Assembly: GCA_002633005.1 (NCBI GenBank)
Contig: NMRA01000197.1
Location: 512,587-576,586 of the forward strand
DNA length: 64,000 nt
Direction of reading: 5' to 3'
Source: Phoronis australis
Taxonomy: Eukaryota; Animalia; Phoronida
The position numbers and the translations under genes were made by a program. Numbering within the stretch: the stretch's first letter is position 1; the number at the start of each line of letters is the position of its first letter. Of the stretch, positions 40,042 through 53,385 are shown piece after piece. A model generated the notes under the pieces. The model was not told the DNA's origin. It was given only the letters and a program-made list of their open reading frames with translations, and searched no databases.

Positions 40042-40970
40042 GATATCTGTGCAGTAAATGAGCAATCTAATCCTTTGAGAGGATACACGAGGGTCTTGCC
40101 AGTATTATGAAAGCATGTAAGAAAAGTAAGTTAGCGACTATGTTGTGAAAAGAGTAAAAGATGTCCATTCTGCGGAAACGCGAACGAATCCAGTGTCATA
40201 CCATGATGTTGCGGTTTGCTATGATACGTGCCATTTTAAATTACATAATGACAACCGGACAACTGAATTAAGAATTTTCTAAAAAAACTTTTTACTCAAA
40301 CGGCAGGCATTTTACCTAAATGAATGTAATCGGAATTACGACTAAAACGCAGTTTTGGGATCGGATGGATAGACTTCTGAAGTTATCACCTTTGACCAAT
40401 GCTCTAAAACAAAATCTGTGGTGTTTTTTGTGATTTTATTACGTATTGCAAATTCCCTTCGTTGCCTGCCAGCCATTCGCCGAAACCCAGTCCGGTGGCA
40501 GCATGTCACGCTCGAGTTGGACATGACAAGCATCGAACGTCTGACGCTTTGTTAGCGATTATTTTGATAACTAATTTGTACACGAAGCCGTTGTGAGGCG
40601 CCACGCTCACGACAAAAATCGCATAGTTTGTGCGCTGCGGTTAACGAACACTTCATATGCTCTAACTGCGCAGCGACACCGGAGCTAGTTTATTGTGAAA
40701 CAAAACGTGAGGATGAGCTAAAGGTCATATATTCACCTCTTTCACGAACGCTGGGCGCTGCTGTCGTGTTGATCGAAAACGAGGCGCCGTGACAAACATG
40801 GCATCGTCCTGCAAGGTGTTGTGGTCAAAAGACTTATCAACGTTACCAAAAATCAAGTTGTCTGATGTTAAATCGATCTCCAAAAACATACCAATACTTA
40901 CGGCAACTAGACTTTTACCCTCCTCAGCCATTCCTTAGTAGTTTTCCCTCTTTTGAAAAAGTGTGGAAGT

Positions 40971-42342
40971 CAGGGATATACCCAGGCTTTTAGTCTTGAA
41001 AAACCCTGCTCGCCAGCTGGGCGAGTGCCGGAGCCAGAAAATCTACTCGCCAAGCCCGAAGTTCGGTCACCCGGCCGTTGGCGCCAGTCACCACAAACTT
41101 GCTGCTAATTTAAATAAAAATCATCGTTTCGTGCACTGATGTCACCATCTATTAGGGCTACCGTATTCGCTCTAANNNNNNNNNNNNNNNNNNNNNNNNN
41201 NNNNNNNNNNNNNNNNNNNNNNNNNNNNNNNNNNNNNNNNNNNNNNNNNNNNNNNNNNNNNNNNNNNNNNNNNNNNNNNNNNNNNNNNNNNNNNNNNNNN
41301 NNNNNNNNNNNNNNNNNNNNNNNNNNNNNNNNNNNNNNNNNNNNNNNNNNNNNNNNNNNNNNNNNNNNNNNNNNNNNNNNNNNNNNNNNNNNNNNNNNNN
41401 NNNNNNNNNNNNNNNNNNNNNNNNNNNNNNNNNNNNNNNNNNNNNNNNNNNNNNNNNNNNNNNNNNNNNNNNNNNNNNNNNNNNNNNNNNNNNNNNNNNN
41501 NNNNNNNNNNNNNNNNNNNNNNNNNNNNNNNNNNNNNNNNNNNNNNNNNNNNNNNNNNNNNNNNNNNNNNNNNNNNNNNNNNNNNNNNNNNNNNNNNNNN
41601 NNNNNNNNNNNNNNNNNNNNNNNNNNNNNNNNNNNNNNNNNNNNNNNNNNNNNNNNNNNNNNNNNNNNNNNNNNNNNNNNNNNNNNNNNNNNNNNNNNNN
41701 NNNNNNNNNNNNNNNNNNNNNNNNNNNNNNNNNNNNNNNNNNNNNNNNNNNNNNNNNNNNNNNNNNNNNNNNNNNNNNNNNNNNNNNTGATATATACACA
41801 TTCATGGACTGGGCGCTTATTTTAGCGAAGTCTGAAAACGAGTGGGGACGCTTATAGGGGCATGGGCGCTTATTAGGACGAATGTTATAAAAATAATTTT
41901 GGCTAAAATGACATTGTATATTACAATAAGAAATCAGTTCCAAGAAATATGGTATTTTATTTGCTATGAGCACATGGACCGGTCTTCCACCTTTCTCCCC
42001 TTTTCTTCGTTTCGGACTAGTCCACAAATTCTTTGTGCACGACCACACACTGTGTTTTTTGACGAATCGCGTAACGGGTGACATGTACTGAATCGGTAGG
42101 GCGCACTGCGCCGATGTTTTTTACTGCCGGAGCATCGACACGATGACCAAACTGAATCTTAAATTCATGATAAAAACAGCACAAGGAGGAGCAAAATTAT
42201 TCATATTCATCTGGGAAACGATATATAGTGCTTTTGCGCTCTGAAATTCGCTCGCCACCGGGCGACCGGCAAGTCAACTTCTACTCGCCCAGCAAATTTT
42301 TACTCGCATTGGCGACTGGGCGAATGGCTAAGTATATCCCTG
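40971..42342. mobile_element. Non-autonomous DNA transposon (CAGGGATATAC TIRs, hAT-like) spanning a gap, with a nested TA|CCGTATTCG mariner-type MITE end
   Basis: cagggatatac ... gtatatccctg; subterminal ctcgcc/ggcgag repeats; flanks ggaagt / ggaagg. Confidence 0.65.
41176..41787. other. Assembly gap (N run)
   Basis: Run of n. Confidence 1.
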
Positions 42343-45300
42343 GGAAGGATACCGACGAGATATTACTGGAATTGGTACGTTCAGGCACTGCACAGTACAC
42401 AATGGCCAGCTGATGATCACTCAAGAGGTTTTATCAGTGTGCCTTGTTTTCGATCAGTATTTAAAGATGGCGCGGGAAGATGGCGCTTTCGTGAAATAGG
42501 TGAATATTATGGCAAACTAAACTACTACAGATATTGAAAAATACAATAAAGATGTATAGTATGTTGAGTTGTAAAGATGGGTGACTTTCTGCTGAAGCAA
42601 CACCATGACATCGACATGAGGAATTTGAGAGGAAATACGTAGTAAAATGGGTTGAGGGAGGGAAATTGAATGAAAAATACCGAGTTGCTGATAAAATATG
42701 AACGGTGACACAGCACTGCAACAGGATAAAGAAATCATGTGCTACAGGTAAACCAATAGGGGGAGAGCAAGAAAGGTCAATGAACCGAGAATCAAAACAT
42801 TATGATAATGATAATGAAGCAATATGGGTTTCATAATAAAATAATTCAATACTTAAATGTTATTTATATGCGCTAACTGGAAAGCGATACCGAATCTAGT
42901 TTACAACACATGAAGATGAGATAAAAGGTCTTATATATAATGACAAATTAAACTACTTCAGATATTGATAAATACAAAAGATATATAATATGTTGAGCTG
43001 TAAAGGTGGGTGACGTCACAGATGCAGCAGAAGGATGCATCTGCTCACTCGCCGGACAAAAAGGAAAAAATATATGGTGTGAAGTAAAGTACAAGAAATG
43101 ATAAATATAAGAAAAGGCCAACATGGAGTGGAAACGCTGATTAAAATGACAATCTATACAGTAATGTCCTGGGGTGGACAATGTTGGTGAGTGAAAAGGA
43201 GACTGACAATAGAGTTGTCCCTAAGATGAAAATGATGGTGAGTGACACAAGACACTGGTAATTCAGTTTCCCCTGAGATGGAAACGGGGCTTCAACTGGA
43301 CACTGGCTTCGCCAAAACATACGGAGTATGAGATTTGTAGCGTTTTGGATCGAGACCGACGCACTCGAGTACTAAGTTAATGTTGCAAGTGAAGTGTGAT
43401 CGAGTGATGGGGGACCGTGTGCTAACCAGGAATTGCATAACAGGCCAGCAGACCCGTCGTGCACTGCCGGAGGACACAAGATGAGTCGGTTAGACATGAA
43501 CTAATCAACAGTCTACTATGAGTTGAATGAACTTTCTAAGTCGCGTTGTCATGGAATCATATTCATTTAAAGTTATGCATGGGCGTCCGTGTTTTGAGGA
43601 TGTGCAAATATACGCCCAGATACAATGCTTTTGGTGTTGCAAACTTGTTTTCTACAAGGTATATAATTTGCAAACAGAACATCTCTGCCTGTTGATTGTA
43701 GAGATATTACGTTCATATTTCATGGCAACTTGTTGAGGTTATCTCACAACTTATTTCGGTACGACCTCCACTCTAACTCGTTTATCAAAAAAACTAGGTA
43801 TTGTCAAAAGGTAAAAGTAAATATTTGCTAAAAGAAAAAAATATCAGATAATAGAAAAATATGTTTTTTTATTCATGTGCCAGTATTATTATTAATTTAA
43901 CACCTTTTTAAATTCAAAAGTTCATGTTTAAGAAAAGTACACTCATAGCAAAATAACCTTTTCTAATGAAGACTTCACCACCTGCCTCAGAGAAGCTGTT
44001 AGGAATTCTCGATTAGTCTTTTCGTTCGATTTCTAAAGCAAGTCAACTCGCAAAGCGTATGGTGTTTTTGTAAAATTAGAAGTCGTATTCGTCTTTGTTA
44101 CATTACGCAAAAACTAGGCCTTTGTTATCAAAACTGCTAAAGCGTTTTTGAGATTGACGAATAAATACACAAAACGCACCTCGATTGGCGTACATGAAGT
44201 AACATCAAACTCGACCTTATTCCGCGTATCGACCTCGACCGAATTGTGTTTATCCCATACGCTTCGAATTCCTAAATTTCTTACATTTTGTCGGCAGATA
44301 TTTTAGATACTTGACCCTGACTGTTCACATGGCGGATCACATCCTATATGTATGTACTTGCGCGTTAGGTTGCAAGTTTTCTCTTGTGAAAGAAACAGTT
44401 TTAAAGGTAACGATTTATTTCTTGAAAAGAGGTAATAAAGATGAAAACAACGGCAACTGTGCAGTGAAATTGTAACATCTCCTGGAAATAGTTAAAAAAT
44501 AACAATATTTGATATTGCAATTTCCTAGGAATCGGCGCCTGAGTTGCAGACGATATAGTATTCAGCAATTGAAAACTGATACATAAGTTTCATATAATTA
44601 ACAGTTTTGTTCCAGATTTTACTTTTAGGGCCTGGTTGCATGTCGAGTGTTAGTTACACTGCTGCAACTGTATTACTTTAAACTGTATTCGGAAAGTTTG
44701 ATGATCGATTCGGCTGAAGACGTCGAGTCGACATTGGCCTACCTTTTGAACTTTCCATGTCAGAGGTCACTGTTGAAGTAGTGCGGGAGGTGAATACGGA
44801 AAACTTTATTACATGGCCGAATTTCCCTCGACAGATTAAACGCGTATGGGATAAATATCAAGTTTGAAAATTTTCAGCGAAATTCACATAGCTGTTTTTG
44901 AGAACTCGCATTCCTAAAGTCAATTTGCTGAAGCCGAGAAAAAGCCGATTAGTGGCGAGACACAAAAATCTCAAGGATTTCGGTTAATTATTCGGTAAAA
45001 ATTGTTTTCGGTCAATGTAACCTAAACATCCCTTAGCCGTGTTCATTATTTCACGCGCAATTTACAATGCGTAATTAACTTAATGGTCACACAAACGTTT
45101 TATTAGCCGAGTCGATTCACAATGCATCGAATGCAACTAGGTCATGCGCGGAGCGCAGTCAACATATTGATTGGCTCAAGCTGGTGCATTGTGGTTAACT
45201 TTAAAGTAGGTCAACATTTCACTATTATATCCACCAAGTGCCGTGCGATTGATATGAAACCCAAGTACGAAATGAATGATTGAAATCCAGTCGGTGGTTG

Positions 45301-48142
45301 AAACCCGTCGCGAGCATGAAATCGAAACAACAAAATGTCAAATTACCTATCAAATTAAGGAATTTGGATGAGAATTTATCTCTTTTCACAACTTGCTGTG
45401 TTCGTGAACACAATGTCATAGAGGCGTGAGGCGACTCGTAACATTCGTTTTCAACGGTCTTATGCTTGCAGACACACAACTCCCGCAGTATCAAAACTAA
45501 GTTTTGTCTTCGTTTTCCCCGGCATCTTTATAACCTATGTACACGTCGTCGACTCAATATTACGGGAGCTCGGTAAATGAAAGGACTGAAGGTTCATACC
45601 TAGCTGCTCTGTGCCTGGCTGGAGATTCGATTTGAGTAATAGTCCCGTAACCTTTGACCTCGGATAAGTAGTAGAGAAATTACCACGGGGTTTGCTGGGT
45701 TCCAAGATAGTTCTGTTATATCTTCTCTATCGCTACACGGTATACATATCGTAATTCAATTGAACTTCCCCCATCATGAAGATAAGGTACATGTATTTTG
45801 CCAGACGTAAATGAAATATTGTAAAAATTGACCTAAATGACATTTAAATCTGCATAGCGAGGATAGCATTTAGGTTCCACAAACCATTATTATTTCTTAA
45901 TACTCTCGGTGGTCCTCAGACTAGTGTCGGCAAGACCACATTCGCCTGCGGTGCAATCGTGAAAAATCCCTAACGTTCCACTAGCAGCTTTGGGACAGGT
46001 GACGCAATCGAAAGCATTCGAAACACCTCGGGGATTTTCATAGTTACGAAGGTATGCGAAATGTTCTGAGTGATTCTGTGGATGAGTATTTCTTGGAAGA
46101 CGGCTTCAGTTCCTCGTGACCTATTCACAAAACTGCAAAAAATCAACAAACTGTATTTAGTAACAAGAAATGATCTTGTTACTACAATGGGAGACGTTAA
46201 CAATATTGGAACACGACATGTGTAACAGTTAACTGAAAAAAATACAGGATGTCTGATACACGTTGTACCAGGTGTGTGCAGGCTGAGCATGTGGGCCCAT
46301 TGCACTGATCGCCTGGAACAATTTTTTGCTTTATTAATATATAGTTAAAACTGAGCTGAGGGACTAGAAACCTGACTGAAGGGTCTAGCAGTGCCACCCA
46401 ATGGGACTGAAACATACGACCTCGCCAGGCACCTATCACACAAGGCCACATTGCCTCCGCTAACAGTTAACTGAAGATAGTACGCGGAAATTCTGAACAA
46501 GGATTGTTGATGCACACCGTTAAGGCTCGTTTAATTCCCAGGAGCACTCAAACTGGACGCCAGGGCATAACAAGACAAGCAGTTATCGAGGGAAACACCG
46601 AATAACAGCAATTTGTCATAAAACAGGGTCATGGGTATTTAATCTTTCTATTCGAAACCCCTGACTCGAAATTGAACTCTAAATTATTTGCCGTGACATT
46701 TTTCGTTCATCTTCGTCACGGTTGCGAAATCAAGAAAGACGTTTTAGTATTCTGTGCGTTATTGTCTACTTGGATGACTATCTATCACAGTATTAATACT
46801 TTTAGTTCGAGTTTAAACTCGAAACTCAGAGTTTTTACTCGAGTGAGATGGTAGCTGGAATCTAGGGACCATTAAGTGCAAAACTGTATTGAACCCTCAT
46901 CCGTGCAAAAATCAGGGTAGTATATGTTTTGATCGCAAGAAAGTGGGTCAGTTTGAACAAAACATTGCTGTGCGACCAACGACTTCACTTGAAATGATTA
47001 CTCCACGTACTCCAGTAATAGATCCCACCCCATTTACTAAAAACTGGAGATTACAAATCCACCTGTTAGCAAATTAAGGTTTTAACCTTTGCTTATAAGA
47101 GATGTTTACTAGGTGGAAATATTAACTGCTAGTGTGTACACAAACCGGATATCTTTGGATGGACGATAAACTGGTTTTGGAAAAAGGGGTCAACTGGGTA
47201 CAGGTATAGCCTCGAGAACAGGGCTAGTAAGCTCTACAAGCGATTTTTATATGAGGTGTTACGAGATTGTGATTGTAAACTTGCTCCTACCGAAGTTCTG
47301 TGTCAAATACTCAATGCTCTAACAAAGATCACTCAGGCTAACACTAGTGAGCAAACGAGTTCACCCTAAATTCATGAAGAACTCGCCTACCATACTGTAG
47401 TTGTGCCGATACAGACCCGTAGCCGGGGGGGGGGGTTCGAGGGTTCGATCGACCCCCCGCGGAAAAGGTCCAGCCCCGGCCTATCCGTACCCGGTCAACA
47501 TCGCCCGAACGGTGCTTGATGATGGGATCGTTCAGACGATTAGAGGAGGCTTTATGTTATTCATCGGCATTGAACGCGCGTGGTGGCTACAATATTGGGT
47601 AACAAGGGAGTCTAAAAGTATAGCTAGCTAGCCTAGCAGCGAGAGAGCTCCCAAAAAGTAGTGCCGTGTGAATGCCTTAAAATCGACCAAAAGAAACAAA
47701 ATAGCAGAAAATAGGTTTGTTTTCTGCTATTTTGATAGTGGCAGAGTACAGTAAAGTGCAGACATTTTCAAATTTCCACTTTAGTTGTGGATTGGTAGAC
47801 GACATGCATGCGCGTGCACTTATGTGCGTTTCCATTCTTTTAAATTCAGTACACACCGATGATAATTTAGTCGGTGGGCCAGATCTCATAGCGTTCACCC
47901 TTGTGAGTACTTTGGGGGGGCAACCTAGTTTTTTCTATGTGGCTAGATAATATACCCATAAATCAAATTCCAAAAAGTTCCCACGTCTACACTTGCACAT
48001 TTTTTTAAAAAAACGTGTTTTTGTTGCACAAAATATGATGCACATTCCTGCCACTTGATGGCGCTTTTCTATTGAATTGACCAATCAGAGAGCCAGATTG
48101 TATTGTTGTGCTTAGTTACTTCAATATGGCTGCTCCCATGGA

Positions 48143-48873
48143 NNNNNNNNNNNNNNNNNNNNNNNNNNNNNNNNNNNNNNNNNNNNNNNNNNNNNNNNNN
48201 NNNNNNNNNNNNNNNNNNNNNNNNNNNNNNNNNNNNNNNNNNNNNNNNNNNNNNNNNNNNNNNNNNNNNNNNNNNNNNNNNNNNNNNNNNNNNNNNNNNN
48301 NNNNNNNNNNNNNNNNNNNNNNNNNNNNNNNNNNNNNNNNNNNNNNNNNNNNNNNNNNNNNNNNNNNNNNNNNNNNNNNNNNNNNNNNNNNNNNNNNNNN
48401 NNNNNNNNNNNNNNNNNNNNNNNNNNNNNNNNNNNNNNNNNNNNNNNNNNNNNNNNNNNNNNNNNNNNNNNNNNNNNNNNNNNNNNNNNNNNNNNNNNNN
48501 NNNNNNNNNNNNNNNNNNNNNNNNNNNNNNNNNNNNNNNNNNNNNNNNNNNNNNNNNNNNNNNNNNNNNNNNNNNNNNNNNNNNNNNNNNNNNNNNNNNN
48601 NNNNNNNNNNNNNNNNNNNNNNNNNNNNNNNNNNNNNNNNNNNNNNNNNNNNNNNNNNNNNNNNNNNNNNNNNNNNNNNNNNNNNNNNNNNNNNNNNNNN
48701 NNNNNNNNNNNNNNNNNNNNNNNNNNNNNNNNNNNNNNNNNNNNNNNNNNNNNNNNNNNNNNNNNNNNNNNNNNNNNNNNNNNNNNNNNNNNNNNNNNNN
48801 NNNNNNNNNNNNNNNNNNNNNNNNNNNNNNNNNNNNNNNNNNNNNNNNNNNNNNNNNNNNNNNNNNNNNNNNN
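48143..48873. other. Assembly gap (N run)
   Basis: Run of n. Confidence 1.
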
Positions 48874-49299
48874 NCCCACTTTTTTCATTGCCGCGCCTCC
48901 CACGAACTACCGTATCTTTTGCACTATGAAAACCCCGACGAGCATGTTCATATTATTAAGAAAAGTAAGTCCAATGGCGTACAACCTCGCAGGCGTCACA
49001 CGAGCAACAAACTTTATTTTTGAGCATTATTCTTATTTAAATTCTGATTTTACTTTTCTCCTCTGCGAATTGAGCTAAACTAGTTGAGAATTACTGCAAT
49101 GTACCAGTGAACTGGAAATAACACTGAACAAGCGTTCCCGGGTGCTTTTTGCGATCTAATAACTGATTATACGTAATATAGTCGACCACTATAGGTGACG
49201 AGATGATAGGGGATTGAGAGTTCTCTCTCGCGCTCAATGTGTAACCAGTTCAGCTTACTTGTTGATTTCAATTTTAGGCAGACGCACGCGCTTTCCATA

Positions 49300-49302
49300 A
49301 TG
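49300..49302 (+). CDS. TUBA: Alpha-tubulin initiator ATG (candidate exon 49278-49302)
   Basis: ccataATG|GTGAGT, the ATG-then-intron arrangement typical of animal alpha-tubulins; upstream acceptor attttag at 49277. Confidence 0.6.
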
Positions 49303-50121
49303 GTGAGTTAAACTTGTTGCAATCGTGTCTGTATTTTCAGAAGGATTCTGAGGTAACGGGCTGCAACTGTATTCATGTACAGGCTCATAAAAGGAGACTT
49401 TTATTTGTCAACTTAAAGCGTACCTTGAGCGGTAACACATTCAGATGTAGTTCCTACAGTATTTAAGGTTGTGGTAGGACCTTTGAAAAAGTTCCAAATT
49501 TGGTTAATTTTGAAAAGTGATATCTCAAAACGGCTAATTGAATTCGTAGGAAACTTCAGATATGCCTTATGCAATGTTTTACAAAACGCTATTAGGAATT
49601 TTTAAAATGTTCGACTTCTGCATGAAGGGTTATCAAAAATATGACTTATATGACTTTTATGATTTTTATGAAAAAACAAGAGTTGAATACAACGGAAACG
49701 CAATGATAATCTCTAGAGAACTGTAACAGCGACTTAGAGCCATCACCTTGAGCATTTATATCTATGTTATTGACACAGTTTATTTTACAATCTAAGCACC
49801 TTTCATTTTCTTTAGAAATAAGGTCACGTGATCCAATTAAATGCAGATTTATTCTAAATTCTAACATCAAATTCTACCAGCTTCCTACTTTCAGAAAGAA
49901 CATACTTTTACTCGGTTAAAGTTTTGGCTAACTATACAGACTAATCAATAAGGCCCATCAAAACCTCGAAAGCATATCACATTGACCACACACAAGTCAT
50001 GAATTGCAAATTGTAATGAACTTTTAAACTTATTGTTGTCTTGCGTCTACGTCACTGCGAGAATCCTGAGTTAATTCTTACTGTGAAAATCCAACACCTG
50101 CACATATTGGTTTTCATGCCA

Positions 50122-50298
50122 ATTGACCAATCGCAAGCTCCGCCCCCTTGCGTAATGTTGACTAACAAACAATAAGGTTTACTCGGCAACGGGTTGTTTG
50201 TCGGGTAAAATGGCGTCTTGGAAACGAAGGTGTGTCACGAATGTTGAGTTCTAAATGGTTAGTTAAGCCGTCACTCAAAGTCCTGGCGATAGGTCAAT
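50122..50298. mobile_element. Short MITE, copy 1 (second copy at 61179-61345)
   Basis: attgaccaatcgcaag ... ctggcgataggtcaat; highly similar second copy. Confidence 0.75.
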
Positions 50299-50320
50299 TC
50301 ACTCTAGTATCCAGGAACAT

Positions 50321-50336
50321 ATATACATTTACATAT

Positions 50337-50425
<89 letters not shown>

Positions 50426-50432
50426 CATACAT
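50321..50432. repeat. (CA)n microsatellite with AT-rich flanks
   Basis: Uninterrupted acacac run ~50341-50417. Confidence 1.
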
Positions 50433-51166
50433 ATCATTTGATGTAACTGCTTTTGAACTGTAAACATTTGTTTCTTATGAACCTCTGAAAAGTTGTTAGA
50501 ACTATTCTTGCGGAATAACGAAAATACGTCCGATGAAGGCTGTAAGACAGACGAGCAACAAAGGATAACTAGAAAGATTATTGTCACGGCGTGACAATAA
50601 CGGACTCTGCGCGTGCGTATTACTGGAATTATTATGGGAAGTTACTGATAGCAGCACGCTTACCAATATGAAAAGGAATTCTTTAAAATTGTAGGAGAAA
50701 TTACATATTAATTTTTTGATGACCTTTCCTCCAATTGACCTCTTCCGGTGCATTATGAGCCCCGATGAGAGAGTAATTGTTAACTCGATTAAAAGTGGGG
50801 TTAATGCTAATGGAGTTATTAAGCCTAAACGTTGGTCGGAAGAAAAATAAGAATGAGAAGAATAAGAAGAAGAAAAAATTGAAGAAAACCCAGGAACAAC
50901 AGTACTTTGCGCTTACACGCGCAGAGTAATAAAATATGCTTATCTTCGAGGATCGGTATATACTACATAATTGACATTACAACATTTATTACACACCAAG
51001 GAATCATATAAATATATAAATCTTAAACCGTCGTGGAAATGTGTATCGCAAACATCTCCAAGTCTGATCAGATTTCATTAGGTGAAGTGATGTGTCCACA
51101 GGTGGCGTGGTGACCAGGAATCACGCAATACTTATCGTCACCTAACAATGGTTCTCGTTTCAGCAG

Positions 51167-51386
51167 CGTGAATGTATTAGTGTCCACATTGGTCAGGCCG
51201 GCGTCCAAATTGGAAACTCTTGTTGGGAGCTGTACTGTCTGGAACACGGTATTCAACCAGATGGACAGATGTCGGACGTAACCCTCGGGGTTGGTGATGA
51301 TTCATTCAACACGTTCTTCAGCGAGACTAGCGGAGGCAAGCACGTCCCACGTGCAATTTTCATGGACTTGGAACCGACTGTTATTG
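51167..51386 (+). CDS. TUBA: Alpha-tubulin exon ([12 protein letters not shown]...DLEPTVI)
   Basis: [73 protein letters not shown]; acceptor tttcagcag|, phase-1 donor G|GTGAGT. Confidence 0.95.
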
Positions 51387-51649
51387 GTGAGTACATTTAG
51401 CTTTACCTTTGGGATTACTGCATACAAACTGAGATGTAACAGTATTCGAATATAGCCGGATATTCAAATGTAAGGCTACAGCTTTATAATTTGGGATCAT
51501 TTGCACTCTGCATTAATGCGGATATGATATTGACACTGCAAGTATAAATATTTTGTTTCTATAACTTATTCAACATATTCATGAAATAACTTTAGCAAAC
51601 AAATAGTCCATTGATTTTTATTGTACTTTACATTTTGTCACGGCAAAAA

Positions 51650-51775
51650 ACCACAGCCCTGTTTCCAAACAAGACCAGACCGAGTCACTTATTGATGTTC
51701 TTCTGACGAACAGGCAAACCAGATTTCCTAAGTTTGGATGTATCGAGACTGGTCTAAACTATAGTCATTGCACGA
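51650..51775 (+). mobile_element. LINE AP-endonuclease C-terminal fragment in tubulin intron
   Basis: PCF / QDQTESLIDVLLTNRQTRF..GCIETGLNYSH resembles the APE PTCF...SLID.ILTN...ETGLSDH motif. Confidence 0.55.
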
Positions 51776-52559
51776 ACAACATATCATTTAGTCAGTGTTC
51801 GAAAAATTTGTTCACCATTTTTTAAAAAGTATTTTGAGGCAGAGAGGATCGAAGCAAGTGCTATTTTAAGTGGCTGAGATTTTTGTCGAATCTGATGGCA
51901 GTGCGCGTTCATGATGAGCACACACCAAAGAAGTCTCTCACTGTGTCGAAGGACAAGATAACATCCTCAAATACAGTCAATTCAATGCAAAGGAACTGTC
52001 TTATAGAACAGTCTCCAAGCAGTACTCAGGAAGTGTGTCGATCCCTGAGTCATAAAGTCGCTGCTTAAGGATTCGACATCTAATATCTGCTGTTTTTAGT
52101 TTAATTTTCTCTTATTTATTTGTTTTTATTGATTAGTTTCGCCAGTTGTTACTGTATAGTCGATAAAAGGAACCCCTGGTAGATATTTATTCTGTTTAAA
52201 ACGACTTTATTTAAAAATATCGACGTAACATGAGTTTATAACCTAACAAACGGTAATGACTAATGTTCGAATGACTATAACCATGGCATTATATTCGAGG
52301 TTTTAAAATGTTTAGGTGTTCCCAAAATGCATTATTTCACCTGCAAGGCAATAAAAAGATTAGAGCTGAAAGCTCATTTTTCAGTGTCAATAAAATGAAT
52401 ATATATTTTTCTTTAACAAGATACTCCAGCGAAAACCATTAGATTTTTGGAAAATCTGGAAGTCTCATGGTAGAGACGAGAACGCTGAATTTCTCGTTTT
52501 TGTTTCCAAATAAAAGACTGAAATCTTTTTCATAGTGAGAATGATTGTTTTCATATCAG

Positions 52560-52960
52560 TGGCTGAATGGCTCTCATGCAAGTAGCGGCATCGAGTTTTT
52601 CTTTTCCTTCTAGCATTTTAATCTCTGTGATACCCACATTCTTTTGAAAGGATTTATCTCCATTTTTCGCCATCCGTTGCACAGAAGACTTGCTTAACTT
52701 GTAAATCTCTTGAGACTTCTCTCCGATATTTGTGATTCCCCGGGTTGTCCTTCTGGGATTCAGTGAATCAGTTCCTCGTTTTCTTTGGAACATGCAGCAG
52801 TCTTGGAATCTCCCACAGCCACTTTTAAGCTCAACAGACCCTATATTGCGCATTTCAGCAATGAGTCGAACTACTCCACCCATTTCCTGAGAACTGCCTT
52901 ACTATTCTTCTTCCCTCCACCCTTTCTACTTGTAATAGATACCATCCAGCTTTGCACGTG
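52560..52960 (-). mobile_element. Tc1/mariner transposase N-terminal (HTH) remnant in tubulin intron
   Basis: RLIAEMRNIGSVELKSGCGR, EGQPGNH, LSKSSVQRMAK resemble TGSV.RK.GSGR and IS.SSV.R motifs; frameshifted. Confidence 0.55.
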
Positions 52961-53385
52961 CTGCACAATAGTGCACTAGAGCCCGGGGTGTTATCTATTT
53001 GATCTTCGGATTTCCTGTACGAATTTTTATGAAATTTTGCACACAAATTTATTTCTGTTAGGGAGACGATGACGTCTTTTTGGACGGATTCGACGTAACC
53101 TGCGCCACCAAGTGGTCAGTTTTCTAACACTATCAAGTGCCCCTAAATATTTGCAGCGCAGTAAATGGGCACATTTCAACACTTTCATTGGTCTTCGTCT
53201 TTGGCGTGTCACGTGCGTAAGAGTACACGCGAAGTGTTCTCTTAATTTCATTAAGTGGCACGAGAGATGTGAATATCAATAATTTATGAAAACGGTGTTG
53301 TTAGCATCATCCCGTGATTCTAACAACAACGGATATTTATTTTCGTCTGTTGCTGTCGAATTGTTTTTTATTATTTCATTTACAG

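Noticed and set aside
41139-42084. Long ORFs over the gap
   Set aside because: Artefacts of the N run
42520-43020. Two diverged ~70-bp direct repeats ~430 bp apart as LTRs
   Set aside because: No TG...CA ends, PBS, PPT or coding remnants; more likely an old tandem duplication
46140-46440. Possible RTE LINE fragment (DLVTTMGDVN)
   Set aside because: Only one short motif; too weak to call
48103-49023. Long ORFs over the gap
   Set aside because: Artefacts of the N run
53286-53385. Novel N-terminus on a truncated alpha-tubulin
   Set aside because: Intronic polypyrimidine tract; the real N-terminal exon is at 51167-51386
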